Below the pieces are notes generated by a model. The model did not search any database and was not told the origin of the DNA. It saw only the letters and a list, made by a program, of their open reading frames with translations. From the NCBI GenBank assembly GCA_963754925.1, contig CAVWHX010000007.1, positions 128,001 through 192,000 on the forward strand: a stretch of 64,000 nt of DNA. The letters run 5' to 3'. Made by a program: the position numbers and the translations under genes. The stretch is from an uncultured delta proteobacterium. Lineage in GTDB: Bacteria > Myxococcota > B64-G9. Below, piece after piece: positions 29,640 through 40,091 of the stretch (position 1 is the first letter of the stretch; each line of letters starts with the position of its first letter).

Positions 29640-30227
29640 ATGGACTCTGAGACCCTCTTCCGAGTGATCTTGGGGATTGCGTTAGTCGTGTTTTTTTGTA
29701 TTCGCGTGTACTTTCAGAAGCAAGCCAAAAGGGTTGAGCGGGTCGCACGCTGCCACGAACGACGTGACCGCTTCTTCTATAATCTGCTCTTGGGTTCCTA
29801 CCTGCTGATGTTTCTCTACGTGTTCACGCCCTGGCTGGATTTCGCGCACATACCTTTGCCGGCTTGGGTACGATGGATCGGAGCGCTGATAACCGGTAGC
29901 GGAATTTGGCTATTTACTTGGTCGCACCAGACGTTGGGCGCCAATTGGTCAGGAGTGCTTGAGATATCGAAAGGGCATCGCATGGTGATTGAAGGGCCGT
30001 ATCGCTATGTACGTCACCCGATGTATAGCGCCTTTTTTATTTTTGGCCTCGGTATCCTGCTCCAGACTGCCAATTGGTTCATTGGAGTACCCCATCTTGG
30101 AGCGGTAGTGTGGATGTATCTGACACGGGTGGCCTCAGAAGAAGCAATGATGATAGAGCATTTTGGGGATGCCTATCGGCAGTATATGACAATGACAAGG
30201 CGTTTGCTGCCACGGTTTCAAAAGTGA
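29640..30227 (+). CDS. Isoprenylcysteine carboxyl methyltransferase (ICMT/Ste14)-family membrane protein
   Basis: LGANWS, GPYRYVRHPMY, EEAMMIEHFGDAYRQY. Confidence 0.9.
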   Translation: MDSETLFRVILGIALVVFFCIRVYFQKQAKRVERVARCHERRDRFFYNLLLGSYLLMFLYVFTPWLDFAHIPLPAWVRWIGALITGSGIWLFTWSHQTLGANWSGVLEISKGHRMVIEGPYRYVRHPMYSAFFIFGLGILLQTANWFIGVPHLGAVVWMYLTRVASEEAMMIEHFGDAYRQYMTMTRRLLPRFQK

Positions 30228-30478
30228 CATTGAGCTAAAAAGCAGAAATGACTGCGGTCGAAACGGTTATCATCAGTGGGTAAGAGATTAGCCCAACATT
30301 CTCTCCCTGCCACAACCAAAGTCATTTAGAGGTCCCCTCAGAAACTGGATAGGTTCGGAATAGTTGTTTGGTCTTCGGATGTTTTAGACCGTGAGTTTTG
30401 ACCCGGTGCGACGCAGGAGATTCGACAAAAAGTGGTGCTGTGCGGTTCCTAGACCCGATGCCTAGAAAAGAGGTTAAT

Positions 30479-31952
30479 ATGAATGCGATAGTGAAAGCCA
30501 TCAACTACGGAGGGATGGTTTCTTTTCCAAGGGATTACATCAAAACAAAACTTGGTCTGAATAAAATTACCACTGGATGGGAGTTTTTACGGCAAAAATA
30601 CGCCAAGCACTTCGGCTTCGGCATTGAAGTCAGGGGGCGCTCCCCGAATTTTGACAACGCCGATGCCTTGAAAAATGTTGCCGTGAATGCCATTCAACGT
30701 GCGATTAAACATTATGGTGATATGCTTATTGATGCCGACGTACAGGTAAAAGAAGGTGTTCTTTCCCCGGAAGATACCATAAAGACCGGCTATCATATCG
30801 ATTTTGATCTTTCCTGGGACTTTTCCAAGCCGGTATTAATTGAGATAACCTATGACAGGAAAAACAGATCCTACAAGATCATGGGCGTTGTTTATAATCA
30901 TTTTATAGACGGCGTTCCGATGGCTCTGTACATCTATCTTATCCATAATCATCTAATTTTAGGGAACAAATCACTTTTGAGCCAGTCAACGAGAACATTT
31001 TCGGTTCCCTATCGATTTCATAAGACTGCCATGATGAATTCGCCGAACGAAAATGAATGGCAAGGGTTAAAGTATTTCGGCCCTTTAACTCTCATACCCG
31101 TCGGGAGTCAACTAGATGTGACCGATAGCAATATCCCCAAACTAAGGAAAAAACTTTCACTCGACACAGGCTGCGATATATCGACGTCATCCCTGGAAAT
31201 AATCTTACTTTCCATGGAAATGGGAATGACCTGGGCGACCGACTATATCGCTCAGGGATCGGTTAACTCGGAAACGGCTCCTCGATATTCAAAAAGGATA
31301 CAAGGGCCTGGGCATTGTCAGAATGGAAGTGTCCGACGAAATACGAAAGGCCAATCCACCCTGTCAATATGAATGGATCCGCAGGGCCCTCTGCGATGCT
31401 TCGGTGGAGATGAAACTCGAAAGGCAGGCCAAGGGATGGGCCAGCCGTTTTTATGATCGCTACCGAAGGATTCCCGCGCTTTTTGTCAATTTGTTCGACC
31501 GAAGAATAGCATATGCCGACGTAATGTCCGTTGCAGGCACTCAGATTATCGGCTCTAATCTGAATGGCGTTGATTATGGTGTGCCGGTCTTTATCGGCGA
31601 CGTCACACCGGACGACGTCAAGTTCTTTTTCATTCCCTCGCACGGCGAGCATAACAAAAAAACACAGACGGAACGGGCAAAGCGGTCACTGGAGACACAT
31701 GTCACGGAGATTTCTTTTTCGTGCGGGCCTAAGACCAAACTTAGAAATGGAAAATCAGTTGCTTACAAATCACTTAAAATGTCCCCTAAAAAAGCACATG
31801 AACTACTTCTCGACTGGGGACATGCTCTCGAAAAAATAATGACGTTGTCATTGGAGGACAAAGTAAAACAGGTGTTCATCGAGGCCTATAGACCTGATGC
31901 GCCCATACGGAGCCGAATTGAGAATCGAGCGGCCCAGTATCTGAATCTTTGA
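30479..31952 (+). CDS. Hypothetical protein, apparently one gene frameshifted near 31300
   Basis: Overlapping ORFs 30398-31372 and 31323-31952; RBS GAGG before ATG 30479; YNHFIDG weakly resembles a CAT-like acyltransferase motif. Confidence 0.45.
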
Positions 31953-32464
31953 GGTCGCCTCAGAAAACGGAAATTAAAGCACGTTAGCGGCCGTCCGTGA
32001 TCGGGCAAAAATAGCCATTTCCCTCTATCCCCTTTCGTTAGAGCAGGGGTTAGAGGGCGCTTTGAGCGTTCTCTGACCTCCTAAAAAGAAATAGAATAGT
32101 ATTGAAAGGCACGATAAGGTAAGTAGACTATGCTTTTTCAAATATACAATTGCGAAATAATATTATTCTTTGAGTTAGAGGCCAAAATTTTGCTGCCCGA
32201 CCTTTATGTCGTGATGATCACCCGCGATTATCCGACCGACTGGGCCTGGTGCCTGCCGATCTCCAGCGCCCAAATTCCTTACGCCGACCCGATCGCCGTC
32301 ATTCAACGCTCCTATCTTTAAGCTCGGAACTACAACGGGACCGAGCCCTGATCTGATGCCGGCACCGCACCTGATCAGGTAAGCGCAATGGCGGCAACCG
32401 GCGGCACGCCCCATAATGTAAATTTTATAGTAGGTTACAACCCGAATTTAAAGTTTAAGAGGAC

Positions 32465-33025
32465 ATGGTCATGACGAAGAAAGTTATTTTGGGGGGGTTA
32501 ATCATTATCTTCAGCTTTGCCGCGGGATTTGTTGCGTCCATGTATTCATATCCGGGCAGGGAATTCACCCGAACTTGGGAAATGGTTGCCCATGAAGTCG
32601 GAATGAACAGATGGCTTCATGAGAGAAATTTGGCAAATGAAACATCGAGACTGATCGTAAGACCAAACAATGATACTCTTTACTCAGCTGCATCTGTGGA
32701 TATTGATTCAGGCCCTTTTATTATAAGCATGCCGCCTTCTGATCGATATTGGAGTGTAGAGTTCATGAAGGACAATACAGATGTCTTCGCTTACATTGGG
32801 TCACGAGAATATGGCCTCAACAAAGCGGTAACGGTAATATTAGCCGGGAAGGATTTTGCCGGAGATGCGAGAGGATTACCAGTATTAAAATCTCCTAGCA
32901 AGAAGGTTTGGGCGATGGCAAGGTTACTGGTGGATGGGAATGATGACCTTCCCAGAGTCCACAAGCTTCAGGAACGGATGAAAATTATTCTTTTGAAAGA
33001 ATATCAACGTAATTTATATCAATAA
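32465..33025 (+). CDS. DUF1254-family exported protein
   Basis: IVRPNNDTLYSAA, RYWSV, TDVFAYIGSR, ARLLVDG. Confidence 0.8.
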   Translation: MVMTKKVILGGLIIIFSFAAGFVASMYSYPGREFTRTWEMVAHEVGMNRWLHERNLANETSRLIVRPNNDTLYSAASVDIDSGPFIISMPPSDRYWSVEFMKDNTDVFAYIGSREYGLNKAVTVILAGKDFAGDARGLPVLKSPSKKVWAMARLLVDGNDDLPRVHKLQERMKIILLKEYQRNLYQ

Positions 33026-33048
33026 GTGGAGAGAAGTCTGAAGGGATC

Positions 33049-33495
33049 ATGAAAAAAGCAATTATCTTTACATCTGTTATAATTGTATCCTTTATTGCCG
33101 GATGGACTCTCATGGCACCATCGCTGGATTATTTCGATAAATGTCACCTAGGTATGCTGCTCAAAAAAGGAAATGGAACCGTAAAGAATGGATCATGGAT
33201 GACCCGACTTGATCTTGCCCAGAGTTACACTCCACCTCTCATTCGTGCTTACATAGCACGCATCGGGATAGCGGCGAACCAGGCGGATGAAGCAATATAC
33301 TGGAATGCATATACTGATACTATGGGGCGCCTGCTAGATGGAAACCATTTATATGATATACGTTTTAATGGACGACCGCTAGTACGAACTGACGGTTTCT
33401 GGAGTCTTACGGTGTATGATAAGGATAGCTACTTGGTCGCCAATCAAGAAAGGCGTTACGCCCTGGGGGATAGGTCTCCTCTCACAAAGAACCCC
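33049..33495 (+). pseudogene. DUF1214-family protein truncated by the IS at 33496
   Basis: GIAANQADEAIY, LDG, GFWSLTVYD, RYALGDRS; the frame runs into the IS left end. Confidence 0.8.
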
Positions 33496-34886
33496 TGTGG
33501 TTCGCCATAATCTCGTCCATATTGAAATATAAGCATTTTCCGACTGGTCGAGTTTTCCCACTCCAACATGAAATTTTGCCAACGCGTTCCATTAACCGCA
33601 TCATGTCGCCATGGCCAAGTTACTCTTCAATCTCCTGTTCTGGTTTGTCCGCGCTACATTTCGTTCTCAACAAGATCTGATTCTTGAGAACCTCGCTCTC
33701 AGGCAACAACTGGCTGTCCTCAAATCCAAGCGCACTCGTCCCATACTTCATTATGTTGACCGTGCGTTCTGGGTAGCTCTCCAAGAATCGTGGAAGAGAT
33801 GGAAAAACGTTCTTATGGTGGTCAAACCTGAAACCATCGTTCGCTGGCACAAAGAAGGATTCCGTCGGTATTGGCGTTGGAAATCCAAACCAGGCACGAT
33901 AGGTCGATCACTTATCAGCAGTGAGACCCGCGCACTTGTCCGTAGAATGGCTACCGCGAACAACTGGGGTGCTCCGAGAATTCACGCTGAGCTGCTGAAA
34001 TTGGGATTTAGAGTATCCGAACGCACCGTGTCACGGTATATGCCCAAGAAGCCCGCTCCGCCAGATGCTTTGCAACGTTGGATGACTTTTCTCAAAAACC
34101 ATCGAGATCTGATCGCAGGAATCGATTTCTTCACTGTTCCCACCATCACGTTCAGCGTGCTCTATGTGTTCTTCATCATCATGCATGCGAGACGACAGAT
34201 CACCCGGTCCGCTGTTACCACCCATCCCTGTTCAGAATGGATTATCCAGCAACTCAGAGAAGCCTTTCCTTGCGAGACGGCCCCCAAGTATCTAATACTC
34301 GATCGAGACCGTAAGTTTGGGCTCTCTGTTTTCGGTGCCCTAAAATCCATGAATATAAAGCCGGTACGAATCGCTTGGAAATCACCTTGGCAGAACGGAG
34401 TCGCTGAACGCTGGGTATTATCGGTACGTCGAGAGCTACTGGATCATGTGGTCGTGTTGAACCAGACTCATTTGCGAAGGCTTCTTCGGGAGTATGTCAC
34501 CTATTACAATACAGACCGTTGCCATCTTACCCTCGAAAAGGATTCTCCCGACAAGCGGCCGGTAACGAAACGGCCGTCACCGAATGCCCAGGTGATTGCG
34601 TTACCAAGAGTCGGTGGACTGCATCACCGATATGAGTGGCGCGAGGCTGCTTAGATCTGGGTTGGCTGGTTATGACCTAAATGAGTCTTTTTCATTGAAT
34701 AAGTCTATCTTCGATCTGATTTTTCTATTCGTCTCCTCCCAGAAAACCAGCACAACCAGCTCATTATTATCAAGAAGTTCGGATCACGAGATGCTTTTTG
34801 GGTTCTGATCTTGCCTTGGGAATGCTCGGTTGCTCTTTTGTATTGGTTATGGCGAAGGACAATGGACGAGTTTTTGGCGAACCACA
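33496..34886 (+). mobile_element. Autonomous IS with rve/DDE integrase-core transposase; parent family of the MITE repeats
   Basis: TIRs TGTGGTTCGCCATAATCTCGTCCAT and ATGGACGAGTTTTTGGCGAACCACA. The 5' UTR and 3' region are homologous to the two MITE halves. Confidence 0.9.
33611..34654 (+). CDS. Integrase-core-domain (rve, DDE) transposase
   Basis: ENLALRQQL, VKPETIVRWH, WGAPRIHAELLKLG, IDFFTV (D), LILDRD (D), SPWQNGVAERW (E), GGLHHRY; frame intact. Confidence 0.93.
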   Translation: MAKLLFNLLFWFVRATFRSQQDLILENLALRQQLAVLKSKRTRPILHYVDRAFWVALQESWKRWKNVLMVVKPETIVRWHKEGFRRYWRWKSKPGTIGRSLISSETRALVRRMATANNWGAPRIHAELLKLGFRVSERTVSRYMPKKPAPPDALQRWMTFLKNHRDLIAGIDFFTVPTITFSVLYVFFIIMHARRQITRSAVTTHPCSEWIIQQLREAFPCETAPKYLILDRDRKFGLSVFGALKSMNIKPVRIAWKSPWQNGVAERWVLSVRRELLDHVVVLNQTHLRRLLREYVTYYNTDRCHLTLEKDSPDKRPVTKRPSPNAQVIALPRVGGLHHRYEWREAA

Positions 34887-34980
34887 GGGTCAACGGCGAT
34901 GAAATTTGTCGAAAGAATTCCAGAATTGTTTCGACAAACGAAAAAAGGACTCACAATGTTTTGTAAGTCCTTGAAATCAA

Positions 34981-35053
<73 letters not shown>

Positions 35054-35332
35054 GAAAAACATCCTGCATATCAAAAATCGTTTAGGACTCTTAGTCTTCA
35101 TCACTTTGGTACGTTTCAGCGCCTGCGGCCTAAACGGTCACGCATAATGCAATGGCTTTTGAACGTGGTCAAGCTTTTTCAGGTTCCCATAAAAACAGGG
35201 TGCTTTTCATTGACATATCCTGGTGACTGACGTATTCAGTTCTCTCAGTTAGTTTCGGGTGAATACGATGGATCTGAGGGGTCCACCCCGTGGGAGGCAC
35301 AAACCATTCTACAGGTTTTTTGGAGCTGGTAA

Positions 35333-37510
35333 ATGGCCGTTGATACGCACGCTGATCTTGTAAAACTCGAGACCGAGTTTGAAAATAACCCCAAATCAGA
35401 GGCATTCATTCCGCTCGCCCAAGCCTATCTGAAAAAAGGACGCTTTGTCGAGGCGATGGTGGTATGCAAGAAGGGTATTAAAGCCAACCCCACGTTACCG
35501 ACGGGTCGGTTGGTTATGGCCAGCATCTATTTGGAGCAAGCCAAACACCAAAAAGCGGTCGATGAACTTACCAGCCTGACTTAACATAACCCCCGAACAC
35601 ACCGATGGCCTCCGGTTACTGGGAACAATCTATCTTAAGTTAGGTAAAAAGGAAGAAGGAATAGCACTCCTAAAAAAAGTTGTCGATCTGCTTCCTGAAG
35701 ATGAGGATGCGTCAAATACGTTGCGGGAACTTGGGATCGACTACCTTCCACCCAGTAAGATGCCAAAGCCAACACCCGAACAGCAGCTGCGGTCGACGGG
35801 TGATCAATCCGCTGCAACCGCCGGCGCTGCCGGTTCGGCCGATGCTCAGGCACACGGGTACCAGGGTTATTCTCAACCGGCAGTCTACGAACCACCCAAG
35901 AAACGCATCGCCGATATCTTCCAGGAACAGATGGAGAAGACCAAAAAGCCCCAAGAAAACCTGAAGTTAAAATACAGTATGTATTTTGGTGGGGCGCTGT
36001 TAGTGGTATTGCTCTTCTGGATAGTCTATTCGTGGTATACGGGAAAAATCCAGGATGAGATCAACGATCATATGCAAAAGGCACGCGCCCTTTTCAACCA
36101 GGATTCTTACGCCGGATACAACCAGGCGCTTGAGCAGTATCGAGCGATATACAAACTTAATAAAAGCCACACCGAAGCGCTTTCCCGTATGGGCTTTATT
36201 TGCGCCGTATTGGTGGGAGAGTTTGACGCCCCGAACGAGTTACTCAACGAGGGTAGGAAATACGTCAGCGAAGCCAGTGCGCTTGATCAAAACAACCCCA
36301 TGCTGGCTTCCGCCAAAGCATACTTGATAGTATACGGCAACGGGAACAAAAACGAGGCGGTCAAATTACTCAAGGATGGTCTGAAACAAAATCCAGACTC
36401 ATCGCTTCTGCACACCACCTTGGGATATGTATCGCTCTATCAAGGCAACCTTGCCGATGCCCTCGAAGAATTGACCAAGGGTATCAAGCCGAGTGAGATC
36501 AGACCCTTTGTCGGGCTCGGGTTGCTCGCCATGCGTCGTTCAATGTATCGGGAGGCCAATACGTTCTTCAGTCAGGCGTTGCAAAACGACAAAGGGCACA
36601 TTAAAGTATACTCAATAAGGGGCTCCTGGCTTTGATCCGCGGCAACACCCCGCTTAATAACAAAGATGCCGAGGATGCGCTGGTCAGCTTTAGAGGTGAT
36701 CTCGAGAAAACCGCATCCGAAAACGAAAAACTCACGGCTGACTTCATACAGACCATTCTGACCATTCGCAATCAACAAAAAGGATTGGATCAGCTGAAGG
36801 CCTTAGTGAATAAAGATAAAGAGACCGGAATGTTCTCTTTTATCGCCGCCCGCGAGTACTGTAGGCTCGGCATGCTTACCGATGCGAAGAATGCGATTCA
36901 AAAAGCCTTACATGTCGACAGCACTCGACCCGACTTTGCGCTGGAAGAAGCAGCCGTTCTCTTGGATGCCAAGGAATATGAATCGGCTCGCAGCCGAGCA
37001 TTGAGGGTGCAGGCAATGGACGGCGAGACGGGAGTAAGTCTGTTGCTCATCGGCGATGCGTACCTGGCCGAGAAGAACTTCGACAAAGCTCTGGAATATT
37101 ATGAAAAAGCAAAAAAGGAAGACACGTTGGCAATCAGTCAGCAACGTATTGCCAAAACGTATCTCAGCATGCCGAGACCGGATGAAGATAAGGCGCAAGC
37201 CTCTTTGGAAGTTGCCGTGCGCGGTTTGGTAAATTCCGGCGAACGTCGCCTGGCGGCCGAATCGGCCGTAAAATTGGCTGGCATTTACGCCAAGAAAAAT
37301 CGCCTCGAAGAGTTTCGTAACGTTTTGCAAACCGCCAAAAATGCCGATCTATCCTACGCCCCTCCGTATGCAATGATTGGCTGTAATATAGATATATCAA
37401 AGTCGGAGGGTAAGGAAGCCGCAAAAACCAACTGCGAGAAGTACCTGCAACTTGATCCCCGAGGCGAATATGCCGCCGCTTGTCAAGAAGTCCTCAAGAA
37501 GGTCAAGTAG
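35333..37510 (+). CDS. Large membrane-anchored TPR protein, broken by one in-frame stop (35582) and two frameshifts
   Basis: NPKSEAFIPLAQAYL...EAMVVCKKG TPR start, central TM segment, C-terminal TPRs ending YLQLDPRGEYA; pieces 35333-35584, 35721-36635, 36632-37510. Confidence 0.75.
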
Positions 37511-37595
37511 ACGCAACCGTTCAGGAAAATACATAATGATAGTCTCAAGAGCAGTGCGGATCGTTTGCAGGGCAAGAAAAAGATGAGGCTCCGTC

Positions 37596-38426
37596 ATGAC
37601 CACGTATGTTGACCTGCATGTACATACCACGGCGTCCGACGGCAGCCTGAGTCCGGCTGATATCGTTGCGTTGTCCGAATCAATTGGTTTGGTCGCGGTT
37701 GCTATTACCGACCATGACACCATCGCTGGTTTGGCCGAGGGGCTTGCCGCCGCGCGAACGGCTGAGGTTGTTTCAGGAATAGAGCTATCGGTTCAAACCG
37801 AAGAAGGAAGTGTTCACGTTTTGGGATTATGGCTCGACCATACCAATCCGGTCCTCTTCTCCCGACTTAAAGAGCTGCTTAATTCCAGAATCAAGCGCAA
37901 CGCAGAAATTGTCGCGCGATTAGACAAACTTGGAATGCCGGTGACGATGGAGGAAGTTGCTGCCGTCGCGGGAGGTACGGTGGTCGGCCGACCGCACTTT
38001 GCCGAGGTGCTCCTTCGACATGGCTATGTTTCCTCCACAGAACAAGCGTTCAATAAATTTTTGAATCGCGGCAAACCGGCATACGCTGAAAGAATGCGGC
38101 TTTCGCCACCCGAGGCGTTCTCGCTCTTTCACCAGGTTGGAGGCATCGCTGTTTTGGCTCATCCGGGTCATATTCAGTCAACAGCCGAGAAACTAGAACG
38201 AATGTTGCATCGTTGGAAAGACCAAGGCCTCGATGGCATGGAGGTCTACCATCCCGATCACGGCCCTGAGTACGTGTCGCTCTTTCGGCAAATGGCTCGT
38301 CGGGTCGGCTTGGCCGAGTCTGGCGGCTCGGATTTTCATGGTTCCCGTCGGACCGGCATTAAGCTCGGGTCGGCGCGCGCGCCGGCCGAGATTTTGTCTG
38401 ATTTACGAGCTCGACGGTGCAGATAA
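37596..38426 (+). CDS. PHP-domain phosphoesterase (TrpH/YciV-like)
   Basis: DLHVHTTASDG, ITDHDT, GRPHFA, LAHP, GGSDFHG. Confidence 0.92.
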   Translation: MTTYVDLHVHTTASDGSLSPADIVALSESIGLVAVAITDHDTIAGLAEGLAAARTAEVVSGIELSVQTEEGSVHVLGLWLDHTNPVLFSRLKELLNSRIKRNAEIVARLDKLGMPVTMEEVAAVAGGTVVGRPHFAEVLLRHGYVSSTEQAFNKFLNRGKPAYAERMRLSPPEAFSLFHQVGGIAVLAHPGHIQSTAEKLERMLHRWKDQGLDGMEVYHPDHGPEYVSLFRQMARRVGLAESGGSDFHGSRRTGIKLGSARAPAEILSDLRARRCR

Positions 38427-38454
38427 AATCTACCTTTCACCCTCTTTAAGCATT

Positions 38455-38580
38455 GAGGGCGTTGCAAAACCTGTCACCCCCGCGAAAGCGCGTGCGGCTT
38501 GGCTGGGGGTCCAGAAGTCCTTTGAAAAACTGGATTCCCGCCTCCGCGGGAATGACATTCAGAGACTTTGCAACGGCCTC
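38455..38580. repeat. REP-like palindromic element with outer inverted repeat
   Basis: GTCACCCCCGCGAAAGCG...GGGGTCCA...TGGATTCCCGCCTCCGCGGGAATGAC inside GAGGGCGTTGCAAA/TTTGCAACGGCCTC. Confidence 0.8.
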
Positions 38581-38606
38581 AACGTTGGGAAAGGGTGATA
38601 TTTCCC

Positions 38607-39950
38607 ATGTTTTGGATTAGAGTTGTGAAATTGATAGCACACAGAAACATAGTTCGTCAGGTCATGCTCATTGCATGCGTGGTGTTGTCTAATCCGTCTT
38701 GTAAAAGCCAAGACGAGATCAACTTACATATGCACAGGGGCAACGCTCTTTTTAACCAGGATTCTTATACGGGTTACGACGAGGCGCTTGACCAATACCG
38801 CACGGTTTACGAACTCGACCACAAGCACCTTGAGGCTCTCGCTCGCATGGGTTTTGCCTGCGCTGTGTTGGTAGGAGAGTTCGGCGCCCCGTCCGACTTG
38901 CTCAAAGAAGGCAAGAAATATGTCGACGAGGCCGAGGCTCTCGATCAGCATAGCCCTTGGTTAGTCGCGGCCAAGGCGCTCCTCATCGTTTACGGCAACG
39001 GCAATAAAACCGAAGCCATAACACTGCTCCAAAACGCACTGGCGAGCGATCAAGAATCGTCTCTGTTGCATACCACGCTTGGCTATGTCTTCCTGAACCT
39101 CAATGATACCAAGGAAGCGTCAGAAGAGCTAACCCAGGGAATCAAGCCTAATGAAATCAGACCGCTAGTTGGCCTGGGACTAACCGCCATGCGCCGGTCA
39201 CGGTACACGGAAGCCGCCAATTTCTTTAGCCTGGCGTTGAAAAACGATGCCAGCCACCTGACCAGCATGCTCAATAGGGGAATTTTGGCCTTGTTGCGTG
39301 GCAACACGCCCTCTGACAACCAAGAAGCCGATGACGCGCTAAAGAAATTTAGTCTTGTCCCGGAGAACACCGCATCTCAGTATGAAAAACGGATAGCCAA
39401 ATGCATCAAGATTATTCTGACTCTTCGCGGCCCACAGCGAGCCAAGGGTCTCGACCAACTCAAGATAGCGCTCGATAAAGAACAGGATGACGGCCAGTTT
39501 TCTTTTGTCGCCGCCCGCGAATACCGTCGGCAAGGAATGCGTGACGAGGCAACGGCTGCTATCAGAAAATCGTTAGCGATTAATCCATCACGACCTGACG
39601 TTGCGCTTGAACAGGCCGCCATCTTCCTCGATTTAAAGAATTTCGAAGCTGCTCGCTCCGTGGCATTAAGGCTTCACGCGCGTGATCCCGGCAACATAGA
39701 GAGTTTGTTAATTGCTGGCGATGCGTATCTCGGCGAGAAGAATTTCGAGAATGCGTTGGACTACTTCAACCAAGCAAAAAACGCCGACCCGACTTTTGCT
39801 CCTCCCTATGCTCGAATCGGGTGTAGCCCTGATCTCATTGAATTAGTCGGCGCCGAAGCGTCTCGAGCCAACCGCGAGCGATACCTCCAACTCGATCCTC
39901 ACGGCGAATATGAACGTGCTTGTCAAAAGGCAATAACGTCTGTCAGGTAG
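38607..39950 (+). CDS. TPR lipoprotein, paralogue of the C-terminal part of 35333-37510
   Basis: Shares ALFNQDSY, RMGF.CAVLVGEF.AP, SSLLHTTLGYV, GIKP.EIRP, YLQLDP.GEY; signal with SC. Confidence 0.8.
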   Translation: MFWIRVVKLIAHRNIVRQVMLIACVVLSNPSCKSQDEINLHMHRGNALFNQDSYTGYDEALDQYRTVYELDHKHLEALARMGFACAVLVGEFGAPSDLLKEGKKYVDEAEALDQHSPWLVAAKALLIVYGNGNKTEAITLLQNALASDQESSLLHTTLGYVFLNLNDTKEASEELTQGIKPNEIRPLVGLGLTAMRRSRYTEAANFFSLALKNDASHLTSMLNRGILALLRGNTPSDNQEADDALKKFSLVPENTASQYEKRIAKCIKIILTLRGPQRAKGLDQLKIALDKEQDDGQFSFVAAREYRRQGMRDEATAAIRKSLAINPSRPDVALEQAAIFLDLKNFEAARSVALRLHARDPGNIESLLIAGDAYLGEKNFENALDYFNQAKNADPTFAPPYARIGCSPDLIELVGAEASRANRERYLQLDPHGEYERACQKAITSVR

Positions 39951-39986
39951 GTGAGTCGTCCTTTAGATAATCAAATAGTTGAACTA

Positions 39987-40068
39987 GTCATCCCCGCGGA
40001 GGCGCTGTGCGGCTTGGCTGGGGATCCATACTGCGTCACTTCTGGATTCCCGCTTACGCGGGAATGAC
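39987..40068. repeat. REP-like palindromic element, second copy
   Basis: GTCATCCCCGCGGAGGCG..GTGCGGCTTGGCTGGGGATCCA...TGGATTCCCGCTTACGCGGGAATGAC. Confidence 0.8.
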
Positions 40069-40091
40069 CAGAAGGTATTATGCAGAACAAT

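Noticed and set aside
32130..32414. Small ORFs upstream of DUF1254
   Set aside because: No recognisable motif or RBS; possibly a gene remnant but unsupported.
1202..34886. Classical integron with attC sites
   Set aside because: No IntI tyrosine recombinase and no RYYYAAC...GTTRRRY hairpins. The repeats end in TGT...ACA and match the DDE element. Isolated GTTAGGC (near 6024) and GTTAGC (near 31983) lack partner boxes.
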